From Candidatus Woesearchaeota archaeon (GTDB lineage Archaea > Nanobdellota > Nanobdellia > Pacearchaeales > GW2011-AR1): a stretch of DNA of 64,000 nt. Where the stretch lies: NCBI GenBank assembly GCA_964408235.1, contig CAYOYN010000002.1, forward strand, positions 44,459 through 108,458, written 5' to 3'. Both the position numbers and the translations under genes were made by a program. Below, piece by piece: positions 27,126 through 37,006 of the stretch (position 1 is the stretch's first letter; each line of letters starts with the position of its first letter). The notes under the pieces are model-generated. The model did not search any database. It was not told the DNA's origin and saw only the letters and a program-made list of their open reading frames with translations.

Positions 27126-28532
27126 TTATAGAAGGCCTAGAAGACTAAGTCTAGGGAATGTTAATCCATTTACATTATCTGTAATTTGGGTCTGAGATTT
27201 CATCAAAAACCTGTTGATTTTTAATGTTCCAATTAGGTTTCTTTTAAAATTGTTATTGTATTTTTGTCTTACTAAAGCAACTGCTCCAGCAACGTGTGCT
27301 GCTGCCTGAGATGTTCCGCTACAAGTTCCAATTGCTCCTACTCCTGCTCCGCAAACTGTTCCGTTTGATGCAGCAGTAGAAGTTATTGTGGCTCCTGGGG
27401 CTACTAATTTTAGATTATCTCCAGTATTTGATGCACAAGCTATTTTATCTACAACTCTTAATTCTTGACAAACTCCTATCCAGTTAAATGTGAATGGTGT
27501 GACTGTTTTATCATAGGTTGCTCCTACAGATGTTGCATTTGGAGAACATGCTGGATAAGATATTCCATTTTTATATCCTTGATTACCTGATGAAACAATT
27601 ACCGGGATTCCATATCCTGCTGCAGTGTTTATTCCAGTATCCATCCAAGTAGGGCATGTATTTGATGTGCTATTGTAACTCTGTCCATCACCGATACTCA
27701 TAGATATTGCACTAAGTTTCTTATAGCCTATTGTTGTTAGACAATGGTTTAGTCCTGCAATCATATTAATATTTGAACAAGAACCTGCTGAATTACATAC
27801 TTTTTCTGCAATTATTAATGCATCCGGTGCTACTCCTCTAATGCTTTGATTATTAGAGGGGTTTACTCCTTTTGCCGCGATTATTCCTGCTAGGTGTGTT
27901 CCGTGACCGTTATCATCCATTGGGTTTGAATCGTTATTTACAAAGTCCCAACCACCTATTATTTTAACACCCCATCCTGCTCCAAGTGCATTGTGGTTAT
28001 AATCTACTCCTGTATCTAATAAACACACTACTTGTCCTAATCCTGTTAGGTTTGTTGTCTGAGATCCATAAGGAACTTGAACATTCCAAGCATTTGTAGC
28101 GTTTATTAATTGAAGGCTTTCTTGCAATTGTATCTCTAAGGTACTTTCTGCAAAGATTTCTTCTACAAGGTTACTTTCTTTAAGAGCTTCTATTGTTTTT
28201 TTATCTGCTTCTATTGCTAATGAGTTTAAAGAATCATATGTGTAAATTATTTTCAATTCTTCCCCTTGTTTTTCAGAAAATTCTTTGGACAATGCATCTA
28301 TGTTATTTTTTGAATACTTGATTATCTTGCTTTGATCTTCAGTATCAAAGTTTCTTCTTAAATTTACAATAACTCTTACTTTATCATTATTTTCTACTTG
28401 TTTGTAAACTTCAGACTCAACTTTTACTTCTACTTTTTCGTCTGATTGAGCTATAGAAAATGAGTTAAAATATATTATAGATAATATAGAAAATAATGCC
28501 AAAATTGCTACGCTTAATTTTACGCCTTTCAT
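27126..28532 (-). CDS. Secreted subtilisin-like serine protease (S8) with an N-terminal propeptide
   Basis: Catalytic triad motifs in order: Asp in VCLLDTGVDYNH, His in HGTHLAGIIAA, Ser in GTSQAAAHVAGAVAL. Signal peptide present. Confidence 0.85.
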   Translation of the reverse strand: MKGVKLSVAILALFSILSIIYFNSFSIAQSDEKVEVKVESEVYKQVENNDKVRVIVNLRRNFDTEDQSKIIKYSKNNIDALSKEFSEKQGEELKIIYTYDSLNSLAIEADKKTIEALKESNLVEEIFAESTLEIQLQESLQLINATNAWNVQVPYGSQTTNLTGLGQVVCLLDTGVDYNHNALGAGWGVKIIGGWDFVNNDSNPMDDNGHGTHLAGIIAAKGVNPSNNQSIRGVAPDALIIAEKVCNSAGSCSNINMIAGLNHCLTTIGYKKLSAISMSIGDGQSYNSTSNTCPTWMDTGINTAAGYGIPVIVSSGNQGYKNGISYPACSPNATSVGATYDKTVTPFTFNWIGVCQELRVVDKIACASNTGDNLKLVAPGATITSTAASNGTVCGAGVGAIGTCSGTSQAAAHVAGAVALVRQKYNNNFKRNLIGTLKINRFLMKSQTQITDNVNGLTFPRLSLLGLL

Positions 28533-28650
28533 GACTAATGTTTAACTATTAAGTAGTATATAAATCTTTGTATGTTCGTTTAATTTTTTACTGTTCAAAT
28601 AGGATTGAAGCTTAAAACGGGTTTAAATATTAGATAAATTTGTATCTGAT

Positions 28651-31047
28651 ATGGATAAGAGTATTAGTATAGATTTAGGAGACCCTAGAACGGGATTAGT
28701 GGCTGAGGCTTTGTCTAACAAGACTTGTGTTAAGATTTTAGATCTATTGGCGGCTCAGGAACTAACTGCAAGTGATATTGCTTCTAAATTAAATATTCCT
28801 TTGAATACTACAGGGTATAATTTAGAAAAATTGATTAAGGCAGGTTTGGTTGAGAAATCTAATAACTTCTTTTGGAGTGTCAAAGGGAAAAAAACTCCAA
28901 TTTATAGGGTAGCAAATAAAAAGATAGTTATCTCTCCAAAGAGAATGGTTGCTAAAGTAGTTCCTTTTGTTTTAGTTGCAGGAGTTTTAATGTTGCTTGC
29001 TGTTTCTTTCATGTTTAATGATTCTAGGTCTACTCAAGGAAGTTTGTCAGGTAATTTAGAGCAATTCGAGTCATACGAAGAACTTAATGAGTATGTAGAA
29101 AAATCTAGGTCTTTACAGAGCGGGGATTCATACAGTTTATTTGGAAGGCAAGAAGATGCAGTTTCTTCTGGGGACTCAATGGTTGCAGCTCCAGCTTTAG
29201 GTGAGGCTGGTACAAAATCTTCTGTTGGAGGAAGCGGAGCTAGCGATTATTCTAGTACTAATATTCAAGTTTTAGGAGTTGATGAAGCAGATATTGTAAA
29301 AAATGATGGTAAATATATTTACACAGTCAGCACTAATAAGGTAACAATTGTTGAAGCTTATCCTGCTGACTCTATGAATATTGTTTCAGAGTTAGAATTT
29401 GAGAATTATGTAAATGGAATATTCCTTTACGATGGTAAACTGATTGTAATAGAATCCTCTTATGGTTATTCATTGTATGGTGGAGCTGAGTTAGATAAAG
29501 TTGCTGGAACAAGTATTCGTGCACCGGACTATTCAAGAAATGAAGTAAATGTACATGTTTATGATGTAAGCTCGGACAAAATTTCAAAGCCTGAAAAAAT
29601 TCAGACCTTTGTAGTTGATGGTAGTTATCAGACTGCTAGAATTCTTAATGGGTATGTTTATCTTATAGCTAATAAATATATTGATTCTTCGCCTATTATT
29701 CCATATTTTAGAGCCGGAGATCAAGTTGAGACTGTATCTGCTGACAAGGTTTATCACTCTGGGTACTATGACTCGAGCCTTATATTTACCTCAGTTATGG
29801 CAATTAACTTAGATAATTTGGAATATAACGGGAATGTATTTCTTTTAGGAAGTAGCACTTCGGTATATGTATCTGAAAACGCAATTTATTTGACAAGTAG
29901 CAAAACATATGATTATTCAAAGGTTCAGGAAGGGGCTTTAAACATTATTTTAGAAGTCTTACCTGGTAAATTTAGATCGGATGCTGAGAAAATTATCTCC
30001 TCCGATGATGAATATTATATTAAATCTGATAAGATTTCTTTTATTGTTCAAGAATACTTCAATTCCTTGAGCATTGATGAAAAGAAAGAATTTGAAAATG
30101 CACTTACAGAGGCAGGAAATGAATATTATTTAGGAGTTTCAAAAGAATATGAAAAAACCTTAGTTCATAGGATCGATTTAGATGGTTTAGATATATCTTA
30201 TTCTAATTCAGGGGAAGTTCCAGGTTATGTTCTCAACCAGTTCTCTATGGATGAATTTGATGGACACTTTAGAATTGCGACTACTACAGGAAATAGCTTT
30301 GGATCTTTTGAAAATTCCTTTAATCATCTTTATATCTTAAATGAAGATTTGGAAATAGTTGGTAGTGTTGAAGATTTAGCAGAGGGTGAAAGAATTTATT
30401 CTGCTAGATTTGTAGGAGATAAAGCCTATTTAGTTACATTTAGACAAGTCGATCCGCTTTATGTGATTGATTTGTCAGACGCTAGAAATCCAAAAGTGAT
30501 GGGTTATTTGAAAGTGACTGGTTTTTCTAATTATCTTCACCCTATTAAAGATAATTTGCTTTTAGGTATTGGAAGAGAAACAACTGAAGAAGGAAGAGCT
30601 GAAGGCTTGAAGGTTTCTCTTTTTGATATTTCTGATTTCGAAAATCCTAAAGAATTGGATAAATATGTTGTTGATAGTGATTGGTCTTATTCTGAAGCTG
30701 AATATGAACATAAGGCTGTTTTGTTTGATGAAGAACGTGACTTGTTAGTTATCCCAGTTACTTATTCTCAGCAATTAGGTAACAATTGGGAATATTGGCA
30801 AGGAGCTTTTGCATTTACAGTTACAGATAATGATATCTCTCTGAAGGGAAAAATCTCTCATGATGTGAAAGAGCAAAAAACTGAGGAATATTATGGCTCT
30901 CAAGGATATGTTTCAAGATCTATATTTATGGATGAAGTGTTATATACTATTTCCAATTTAATGATCAAGGCTAATTCAATTAGCGATTTGAAACTAATTG
31001 GAGAAATCAATTTACCATTTGATGAGCCTGTTTATTATGCATTTTAG
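28651..31047 (+). CDS. Membrane-tethered ArsR-type HTH protein with a large extracellular beta-propeller-like domain
   Basis: N-terminal wHTH (CVKILDLLAAQELTASDIASKLNIPLNTTGYNLEKLIKAGLV), one TM helix around residues 105-125, then about 670 aa of beta-rich repeats like the Beta_propel family. Confidence 0.6.
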   Translation: MDKSISIDLGDPRTGLVAEALSNKTCVKILDLLAAQELTASDIASKLNIPLNTTGYNLEKLIKAGLVEKSNNFFWSVKGKKTPIYRVANKKIVISPKRMVAKVVPFVLVAGVLMLLAVSFMFNDSRSTQGSLSGNLEQFESYEELNEYVEKSRSLQSGDSYSLFGRQEDAVSSGDSMVAAPALGEAGTKSSVGGSGASDYSSTNIQVLGVDEADIVKNDGKYIYTVSTNKVTIVEAYPADSMNIVSELEFENYVNGIFLYDGKLIVIESSYGYSLYGGAELDKVAGTSIRAPDYSRNEVNVHVYDVSSDKISKPEKIQTFVVDGSYQTARILNGYVYLIANKYIDSSPIIPYFRAGDQVETVSADKVYHSGYYDSSLIFTSVMAINLDNLEYNGNVFLLGSSTSVYVSENAIYLTSSKTYDYSKVQEGALNIILEVLPGKFRSDAEKIISSDDEYYIKSDKISFIVQEYFNSLSIDEKKEFENALTEAGNEYYLGVSKEYEKTLVHRIDLDGLDISYSNSGEVPGYVLNQFSMDEFDGHFRIATTTGNSFGSFENSFNHLYILNEDLEIVGSVEDLAEGERIYSARFVGDKAYLVTFRQVDPLYVIDLSDARNPKVMGYLKVTGFSNYLHPIKDNLLLGIGRETTEEGRAEGLKVSLFDISDFENPKELDKYVVDSDWSYSEAEYEHKAVLFDEERDLLVIPVTYSQQLGNNWEYWQGAFAFTVTDNDISLKGKISHDVKEQKTEEYYGSQGYVSRSIFMDEVLYTISNLMIKANSISDLKLIGEINLPFDEPVYYAF

Positions 31048-31058
31048 CTTTTTAACAA

Positions 31059-32144
31059 ATGTTAAAAACCCAGTTTTGTCTCTTTCATTGGAATAATATG
31101 TTAACAAAAAAACAACTTTCTGAAATTCGAGAACATCTTGAAAAGGCCCAAAATCCTATATTTCTTTATGATAATGATGTTGATGGGCTTTCTAGTTATA
31201 TTATTTTAAGAAAATTTAGTGGAAAGGGTAAGGGTGTTGCAGTTAAATCTCACCCAAATATAGATGTAAATTATGCTAAAAGGGTTCAAGAGTTAGGAGG
31301 AGATTATGTTTTTGTTTTAGATAGACATTCATTGGGAAATGATTTTGTAAATGAGGTCTCTATGTTACAAATACCTATTGTTTGGATAGATCATCATGAT
31401 GTTTCTGATGAAAAATTTTCTTACTCTATGTTACATAGGTATAACCCTATGAAAAATAAGAAAAAAAGTGCTGAACCTACAACGTATCTATGTTATAGTG
31501 CAACTCAAAGAAAGGAAGATATTTGGCTAGTGGTTATTGGAAGCATAGCAGACCATTATATGCCGGACAAGAAAATTGTTAATGAATTTGTTGAAAGATA
31601 TTCTAATTTATGGGGCAAGGATATCAAGGAACCCTTTCAAGCACTATATTCTACTGGAATAGGAAGGATTGCAAGATCTATGAGTTTTGGATTAAAAGAT
31701 TCTGTTAGCCACGTGGTTGAACTTCAAAACTTTCTTATTAATTGTGATGGACCATACAGAGTAGAAAATGAACTAGATACTAATAGTGCTTTCGCTTTAA
31801 AATATAAGGAAATTATAAAAAAATATTCTGCTTTAATTGAAGATGCTAAGAAGAAAGGAGAAGAAAAACTTATATTTTATAATTATAGTGGCCAACTAAG
31901 TATTAGTTCTGATTTGTCTAATGAACTTTCTTATTTATTTCCTAAGAGTTACGTATGTGTTTGTTATAGTTCCGGCCCAATAACTAATGTTTCATTTAGA
32001 GGAGATAATGTAAAAAAAATACTTTCTGAGATATTGCCTTTATTAGATGGTGCAACAGGTGGAGGTCACAGAGATGCAGTAGGGGCTAGAATCAATACAT
32101 TAGATTTGGATAAATTCAGAAGGGAGATAGAAAATAGAATTTAA
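31059..32144 (+). CDS. DHH/DHHA1 phosphoesterase (NrnA/RecJ-like)
   Basis: DHH motifs I-IV (DNDVDGLSS, IDHHD) and the DHHA1 GGGH motif (ATGGGHRD). Confidence 0.7.
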   Translation: MLKTQFCLFHWNNMLTKKQLSEIREHLEKAQNPIFLYDNDVDGLSSYIILRKFSGKGKGVAVKSHPNIDVNYAKRVQELGGDYVFVLDRHSLGNDFVNEVSMLQIPIVWIDHHDVSDEKFSYSMLHRYNPMKNKKKSAEPTTYLCYSATQRKEDIWLVVIGSIADHYMPDKKIVNEFVERYSNLWGKDIKEPFQALYSTGIGRIARSMSFGLKDSVSHVVELQNFLINCDGPYRVENELDTNSAFALKYKEIIKKYSALIEDAKKKGEEKLIFYNYSGQLSISSDLSNELSYLFPKSYVCVCYSSGPITNVSFRGDNVKKILSEILPLLDGATGGGHRDAVGARINTLDLDKFRREIENRI

Positions 32145-32168
32145 AAACCGAATTCTTAATTATTTTAA

Positions 32169-32858
32169 ATGACTGGTAAAAAAATCCCTTTGCACATTGG
32201 AATCATTCCAGATGGTAATAGAAGATGGGCACTTTCTAAAGGCATGGAAAATATCAAGGGCTATTCTAAGGTAGATTATACTCATATTGAACGTTTATTG
32301 CTTGAAGCCAAAAGGTTAGGTTCTAAATATGTTAGTTTATGGTTGTTTTCTACGGAAAATTGGAAGCGTCCAAAATATGAAGTTAATTTTTTGTTTGATC
32401 ATTTTTCTAAAAATTTAGATTTAATGTTGCAAGGATCTTTGAAAAATAAGATAAGGATTATCCATTTAGGTAGAAAAGATAGGTTACCTAAGAAAGTTGT
32501 TGATGGGTTGAATTTATTAGAATCTGAGACTTCAAAATTTGAAGATTTTACTGCCTTGTTATGCATGGACTACGGAGGCAGGGATGAAATTTTGAGAGCA
32601 ATTAATAAATTGTTAAAATCAGGTCAATCTAGTATTAATGAAGAATCTTTTAAAAGATATCTTGACTCTTCAGATATTCCTGATCCTGATTTAGTTATAA
32701 GGACTTCAGGTGAAAAAAGACTAAGTGGATTTATGCCTTTTCAAACTACTTATAGCGAATTTTATTTTACAGATTTACATTTTCCAGATTTTGGCGTCAA
32801 GGAACTAAGGGAAGCTATTGAAGACTACTCTAAAAGAAAGAGAAATATGGGTAAGTGA
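32169..32858 (+). CDS. uppS: Undecaprenyl-diphosphate synthase (cis-prenyltransferase)
   Basis: HIGIIPDGNRRWA and the C-terminal RTSGE...SGF motif. Confidence 0.85.
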   Translation: MTGKKIPLHIGIIPDGNRRWALSKGMENIKGYSKVDYTHIERLLLEAKRLGSKYVSLWLFSTENWKRPKYEVNFLFDHFSKNLDLMLQGSLKNKIRIIHLGRKDRLPKKVVDGLNLLESETSKFEDFTALLCMDYGGRDEILRAINKLLKSGQSSINEESFKRYLDSSDIPDPDLVIRTSGEKRLSGFMPFQTTYSEFYFTDLHFPDFGVKELREAIEDYSKRKRNMGK

Positions 32859-32871
32859 TTAACTTAATATA

Positions 32872-34263
32872 TTGCTTATTTTTGATTACATTATGAATAA
32901 ATTAAAATGTGGCCTTGAAATACACACTTATCTTTTGACTAATGAAAAACTTTTTTGTAGATGTAATGCATCTCGTGAGAGGGGACTTGAGCCAAATATC
33001 TTGATTTGTCCAATTTGTACTGGGCAACCTGGTGCAAAACCTATGTCTCCTAATTTAGCTGCTATTGAAAAAGCTGTTAAGATTGCTTTAATGCTTGGGT
33101 GTAAGGTTAACGATGCAATGCCTTGGATGAGGAAGCATTATGACTGGCCTGACTTACCAAAAGGATACCAAAATACCATGAGTGGTGCTCATGCTACTCC
33201 GCTCGGAGTAAATGGCAAATTCGAAGGAATTACTATTGAAAGTATGCACTTGGAAGAAGATCCTGCAAGTTGGGATCCAAAAACTGGATCTGTAGATCAT
33301 AATAGGAGTGGTTTGCCATTAGTTGAAATTGTAACTGCTCCTGAATTTACTTCTGCGGACGAGGTTTATTACTGGGTTAACAAATTAGTTCATGCTTTGA
33401 ATTATCTGAAGGCAATTGACACAAATGCGGGAGTTAAGGCTGATGTTAATGTTTCGATAGTCGATCAAAATGGTAAACAAAAAACTGAAAGGGTCGAAAT
33501 CAAAAATATAACTTCTATTGAAGCTATGAAGTCTGCTGTTCTTTATGAATTTGATAGGCAGATCAAAGAAGGAAGTGTTCGTGAGACTAGAAGATACGAT
33601 GAAGCTAAGGGTATTACTATGAGGATGAGAGGTAAGGAAAAAGAAGATGATTATCGATTTATAGTTGATCCAGATTTAATGTCTGTAAATTTAAAGAAGT
33701 CTTTTATAGATGAACAAAAAAGGTTGATTCCTGAATTGCCAAGCGTTAAACTCGAGAAATTGATTAAGAAATATAAAATAGATTCTATTAATGCTTTAGT
33801 TTTAGCTAGGGATGTTGATATAGTCTCTTTTTTCGAGAAGGTTGCTGAAAAAGTGGAGGGTAAATTTGCTTTACCATGGGTTACTGTGGAACTTCTTAGG
33901 GTTTTGAATTATAACAATAAAAAATTATCTGAAGTTTCTATTTCCGTAGATCATTTCATTAGGTTATTGAATCTGGTTAAAGATAAGAAAATAACTGAAC
34001 TACAAGCTAAACAAATATTGAATAAATTTATTCCTGAAAGTTTTGACCCTTCTAAGACTGAAGGTAAAATTGAAAGTGAAAAAGAACTTGTCCCAATTAT
34101 TTTAAAAGTTTTGAAAGAACAAGAGAAAGTTGTAATTGATTATATTAATGGAGATATTAAGTCTTTTAATTATTTGATTGGGGAAGTTATGAAAGCTACT
34201 AATAGGCGTGCGGATTCCAATGTCGTTCGTAAATTGCTTGAAAAATTAATAAAAAACAAATGA
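32872..34263 (+). CDS. gatB: Asp/Glu-tRNA amidotransferase subunit B
   Basis: GLEIHTYL...KLFCRC...ICPICTGQPGAKP; both Zn-Cys pairs present. 463 aa. Confidence 0.8.
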   Translation: MLIFDYIMNKLKCGLEIHTYLLTNEKLFCRCNASRERGLEPNILICPICTGQPGAKPMSPNLAAIEKAVKIALMLGCKVNDAMPWMRKHYDWPDLPKGYQNTMSGAHATPLGVNGKFEGITIESMHLEEDPASWDPKTGSVDHNRSGLPLVEIVTAPEFTSADEVYYWVNKLVHALNYLKAIDTNAGVKADVNVSIVDQNGKQKTERVEIKNITSIEAMKSAVLYEFDRQIKEGSVRETRRYDEAKGITMRMRGKEKEDDYRFIVDPDLMSVNLKKSFIDEQKRLIPELPSVKLEKLIKKYKIDSINALVLARDVDIVSFFEKVAEKVEGKFALPWVTVELLRVLNYNNKKLSEVSISVDHFIRLLNLVKDKKITELQAKQILNKFIPESFDPSKTEGKIESEKELVPIILKVLKEQEKVVIDYINGDIKSFNYLIGEVMKATNRRADSNVVRKLLEKLIKNK

Positions 34264-34273
34264 CCTCACGAGG
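34261..34273. repeat. Partial copy (12/13 nt) of the tRNA-Arg(TCG) 3' end, 85 bp downstream of that tRNA
   Basis: TGACCTCACGAGG here versus TGACCCCACGAGG at 34359-34371 (the tRNA 3' end on the minus strand). Overlaps the gatB TGA stop codon. Confidence 0.7.
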
Positions 34274-34358
34274 TACTCGCTGATGGACATCATTGGTAAC
34301 TTCAAAACAAGCATATTTTGAAGTAATCCAACCTCTTCTCGGTTCGATTTAAATAAAA

Positions 34359-34431
34359 TGACCCCACGAGGAATCGAACCTCGATCACAGGATCCGAAGT
34401 CCCGTATTCTAATCCATTAAACTATGGGGTC
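34359..34431 (-). tRNA. tRNA-Arg (anticodon TCG)
   Basis: Reverse complement folds: acceptor GACCCCA/TGGGGTC, anticodon stem CGGGA/TCCTG with loop CTTCGGA, T arm CGAGG-TTCGATT-CCTCG, discriminator A. Confidence 0.8.
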
Positions 34432-34470
34432 TTAACTTTGCGAAGTGATTTGTTTTTTAAAACTATTGTA

Positions 34471-36978
34471 TTAATAATTTTTTAGAAATTCTTTATTCTT
34501 TTCAATGAATTTAAGATTCATATCCATTATTTCAAATGAGTTAGTTTTAGACATTTCATATTTTACCCCATTTTTATTTAGGAAGCTTTCTATTTCTATT
34601 TTCTTTGATTTTTCAACTTGGGAGATAATTAATGCTTCTAGAAAATCTTCGAATATATAATGTGTCTCTTGATGTTTTTTTAACTTATCCCAATTTGTCT
34701 TTGACCAATTAATTATCACTTTTTGAGAAGCAGGATTTACTAAAACTGTCCCAAATACATTTCTAAGGTTTTGGGCTCTTACTTTGTCAGTCATTGCATA
34801 ATCTAATGCTCTGCTTAATATGCTATCATTCCTGAATAAATATAATGCGCTCAGCAACTTTAATTTTTCTTCTACATTATCTGTCTTTTCATACTTATTT
34901 ATCAGGTCTTCAAACAAAATATTATCTCCATTTTGGGCTAATATTGAATAAACGCTTCCCGCAGTATCTAAGTCCAAATTATTTTTTTCATATCTTTTTT
35001 TGGCTTCATTTATTATTTCTGGATCTTTAGCAAAGCCGCAAAAACTAATGCAAAGAGTTCTTAGCAAAATATCCTCAGTAGAATCTGAACCTTTTTTATC
35101 CCAACCTAGCACATTCAAATTATTTTTATATGTTGGCAATAATAATTTAATTAATTTATCTTTTGTTTTAGGCCACCAAGTTTCGTAATAATAGAGTCTA
35201 TCTAATTTCCTTATACTTCCTGCAATTTCAGCTAATATTGTGTACTCTTTTTCATTTAAATAATTCTTTATGAAGTCTAAATAATTTTCTACGCTTTCCT
35301 GGCTTAAGTTACATAAGGCCCATAAATCATTATGAATCCCCCACTTATCTTCATCATTTAGTTTGTTCTCTTTTACTAAATTGCTTAAGCTTTGCAGCAA
35401 ATCTTTAGAATATTTTGTCCTATAGAATCCAAACTGATTATGGTTGAATTTTACATATTTCTTGTTTATTTTTATTTTTTCAACTTTTTTTTGTAAAAGC
35501 AGCTTATGCTCTTCATAACCGTCATAAATTGAAATTGGAATTGGCCATATTTGATTTGTCTTTTTATTTATTCTTTCTTGATTTATTTTTAATTCATCTT
35601 TTTCTTTTTCAACTCTAATAAGTGGGTATCCGGGTTGTGAAATCCAATATTTCATTAGATCTTTTACTCTTTTACTTTTGTCTATTTTGTCTAAAGATTT
35701 CCACAGATCTATAGCTTCAGCATTAGAATAAGCATTTTCCTTTAAATAATTTGAAACTCCCTTTCTAAATTTTTCTTCTCCCATGTAATTTTCTAACATT
35801 CGCAGAACGCTTCCTCCTTTGGAGTAACTTATTTCATCGAAAATTTCTTCTATCTCTTCAGGGCTATTTACTTTTACCTCAATTGGATGGGTGGACTTTA
35901 AACTATCTTTAAACAAACCAGAAGCTAGCTCTCCAGATAAATAGTCCATCCATATCTTCCATTCAGGATTATAATGGTCTACAGCTTTATAGGCCATGTA
36001 ATTAGCAAAACTTTCGTTAAGCCATAGATCGTTCCACCATTTCATTGTTACAAGATTGCCTGACCATTGGTGCCATAATTCGTGGGCTATCACCTCAGCT
36101 GCTCTTTTTTTAATGCTTACAGAAGTTTTGTTTTCATCAATTAAAAGAAGTAATTCTCTAAATGTAATCGCTCCCCAGTTTTCCATTGCTCCGGCTCCAA
36201 AGTCTGGTACTGCTAGGAGGTCTAATTTTTCTAAAGGATAAGGTATTCCTGAAAATTCTTCAAAATATTTAAGGTATTTTTTAGTATAATCTAATGCAAA
36301 TGACGAAACTTTACTTTTACCTTTGGTCGTTACTAATCTAAGCTTAACATTTTTGTAATCACTTTCACTAAATTCAAAATCTCCAATTCCTAAATAGAAT
36401 AGATAAGTGGACATTTTAGGAGTTGACTTAAATTCAATTACTTTTTTGTTATCCTCTATTTTTTCATTTAGTACCGGTGTGTTACTTATTGCATGAAACT
36501 TTTTATCTATTTTAATTTTTAAATTGAATACAGCTTTTTTATCTGGTTCATCAAAACATGGAAATATTTTTCTAGCATATGAGGCTTCACATTGAGTCGT
36601 TAGAATATACTCTTCTTTTTCTTTATACTCGTATTTGCTTTTATATATGCCCGATAGATCATTAGTCAATTTACCTCTAAATTCTATATGTATTTCTATT
36701 TCTCCTTTTATAGCTTTTTGATTTTCTAAACTAATAGTTTCTAGTTCTTTATTTTCTTTTAATTTTGGTAATAAACACTGGTTTCCTATACAAATTGTTG
36801 CGGTACTTAACTCTAAATTTTTTGAATGGAGGATTATCTTTTTAGTTGGTTTTGTTAGGTTTGCTTTAATCTGAACTGAACCAGTATAAGAATTAAAGTC
36901 TTTAGCAGGTTCAATTAATATTTTGTAGTTTGATGGTATAACAAAGTCGTCCAATCTAACCACTTCTTTTTTGTTCAT
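34471..36978 (-). CDS. pepN: M1-family aminopeptidase N
   Basis: HELWHQWSGN...WLNESFA (HEXXH-18-E) and GAMEN (GAGAMENWG) motifs. Confidence 0.85.
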   Translation of the reverse strand: MNKKEVVRLDDFVIPSNYKILIEPAKDFNSYTGSVQIKANLTKPTKKIILHSKNLELSTATICIGNQCLLPKLKENKELETISLENQKAIKGEIEIHIEFRGKLTNDLSGIYKSKYEYKEKEEYILTTQCEASYARKIFPCFDEPDKKAVFNLKIKIDKKFHAISNTPVLNEKIEDNKKVIEFKSTPKMSTYLFYLGIGDFEFSESDYKNVKLRLVTTKGKSKVSSFALDYTKKYLKYFEEFSGIPYPLEKLDLLAVPDFGAGAMENWGAITFRELLLLIDENKTSVSIKKRAAEVIAHELWHQWSGNLVTMKWWNDLWLNESFANYMAYKAVDHYNPEWKIWMDYLSGELASGLFKDSLKSTHPIEVKVNSPEEIEEIFDEISYSKGGSVLRMLENYMGEEKFRKGVSNYLKENAYSNAEAIDLWKSLDKIDKSKRVKDLMKYWISQPGYPLIRVEKEKDELKINQERINKKTNQIWPIPISIYDGYEEHKLLLQKKVEKIKINKKYVKFNHNQFGFYRTKYSKDLLQSLSNLVKENKLNDEDKWGIHNDLWALCNLSQESVENYLDFIKNYLNEKEYTILAEIAGSIRKLDRLYYYETWWPKTKDKLIKLLLPTYKNNLNVLGWDKKGSDSTEDILLRTLCISFCGFAKDPEIINEAKKRYEKNNLDLDTAGSVYSILAQNGDNILFEDLINKYEKTDNVEEKLKLLSALYLFRNDSILSRALDYAMTDKVRAQNLRNVFGTVLVNPASQKVIINWSKTNWDKLKKHQETHYIFEDFLEALIISQVEKSKKIEIESFLNKNGVKYEMSKTNSFEIMDMNLKFIEKNKEFLKNY

Positions 36979-37006
36979 ATTTGTATTTGGAGATAAGCTT
37001 TAATAA

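Noticed and set aside
34274-34358. Possible C/D-box sRNA in the gatB to tRNA-Arg spacer (CTGATGG and ATGATGT-like boxes).
   Set aside because: The box matches are imperfect: there is no clean RUGAUGA...CUGA pair with a terminal stem. Similar near-matches are frequent in AT-rich DNA.
563-34431. The idea that the tRNA 3' duplications delimit an integrated element that is still present.
   Set aside because: The copies are only 11-98 bp apart, so no element can sit between them. No integrase, transposase or viral gene is visible anywhere in the window. I kept them as scars or unknown-function repeats.
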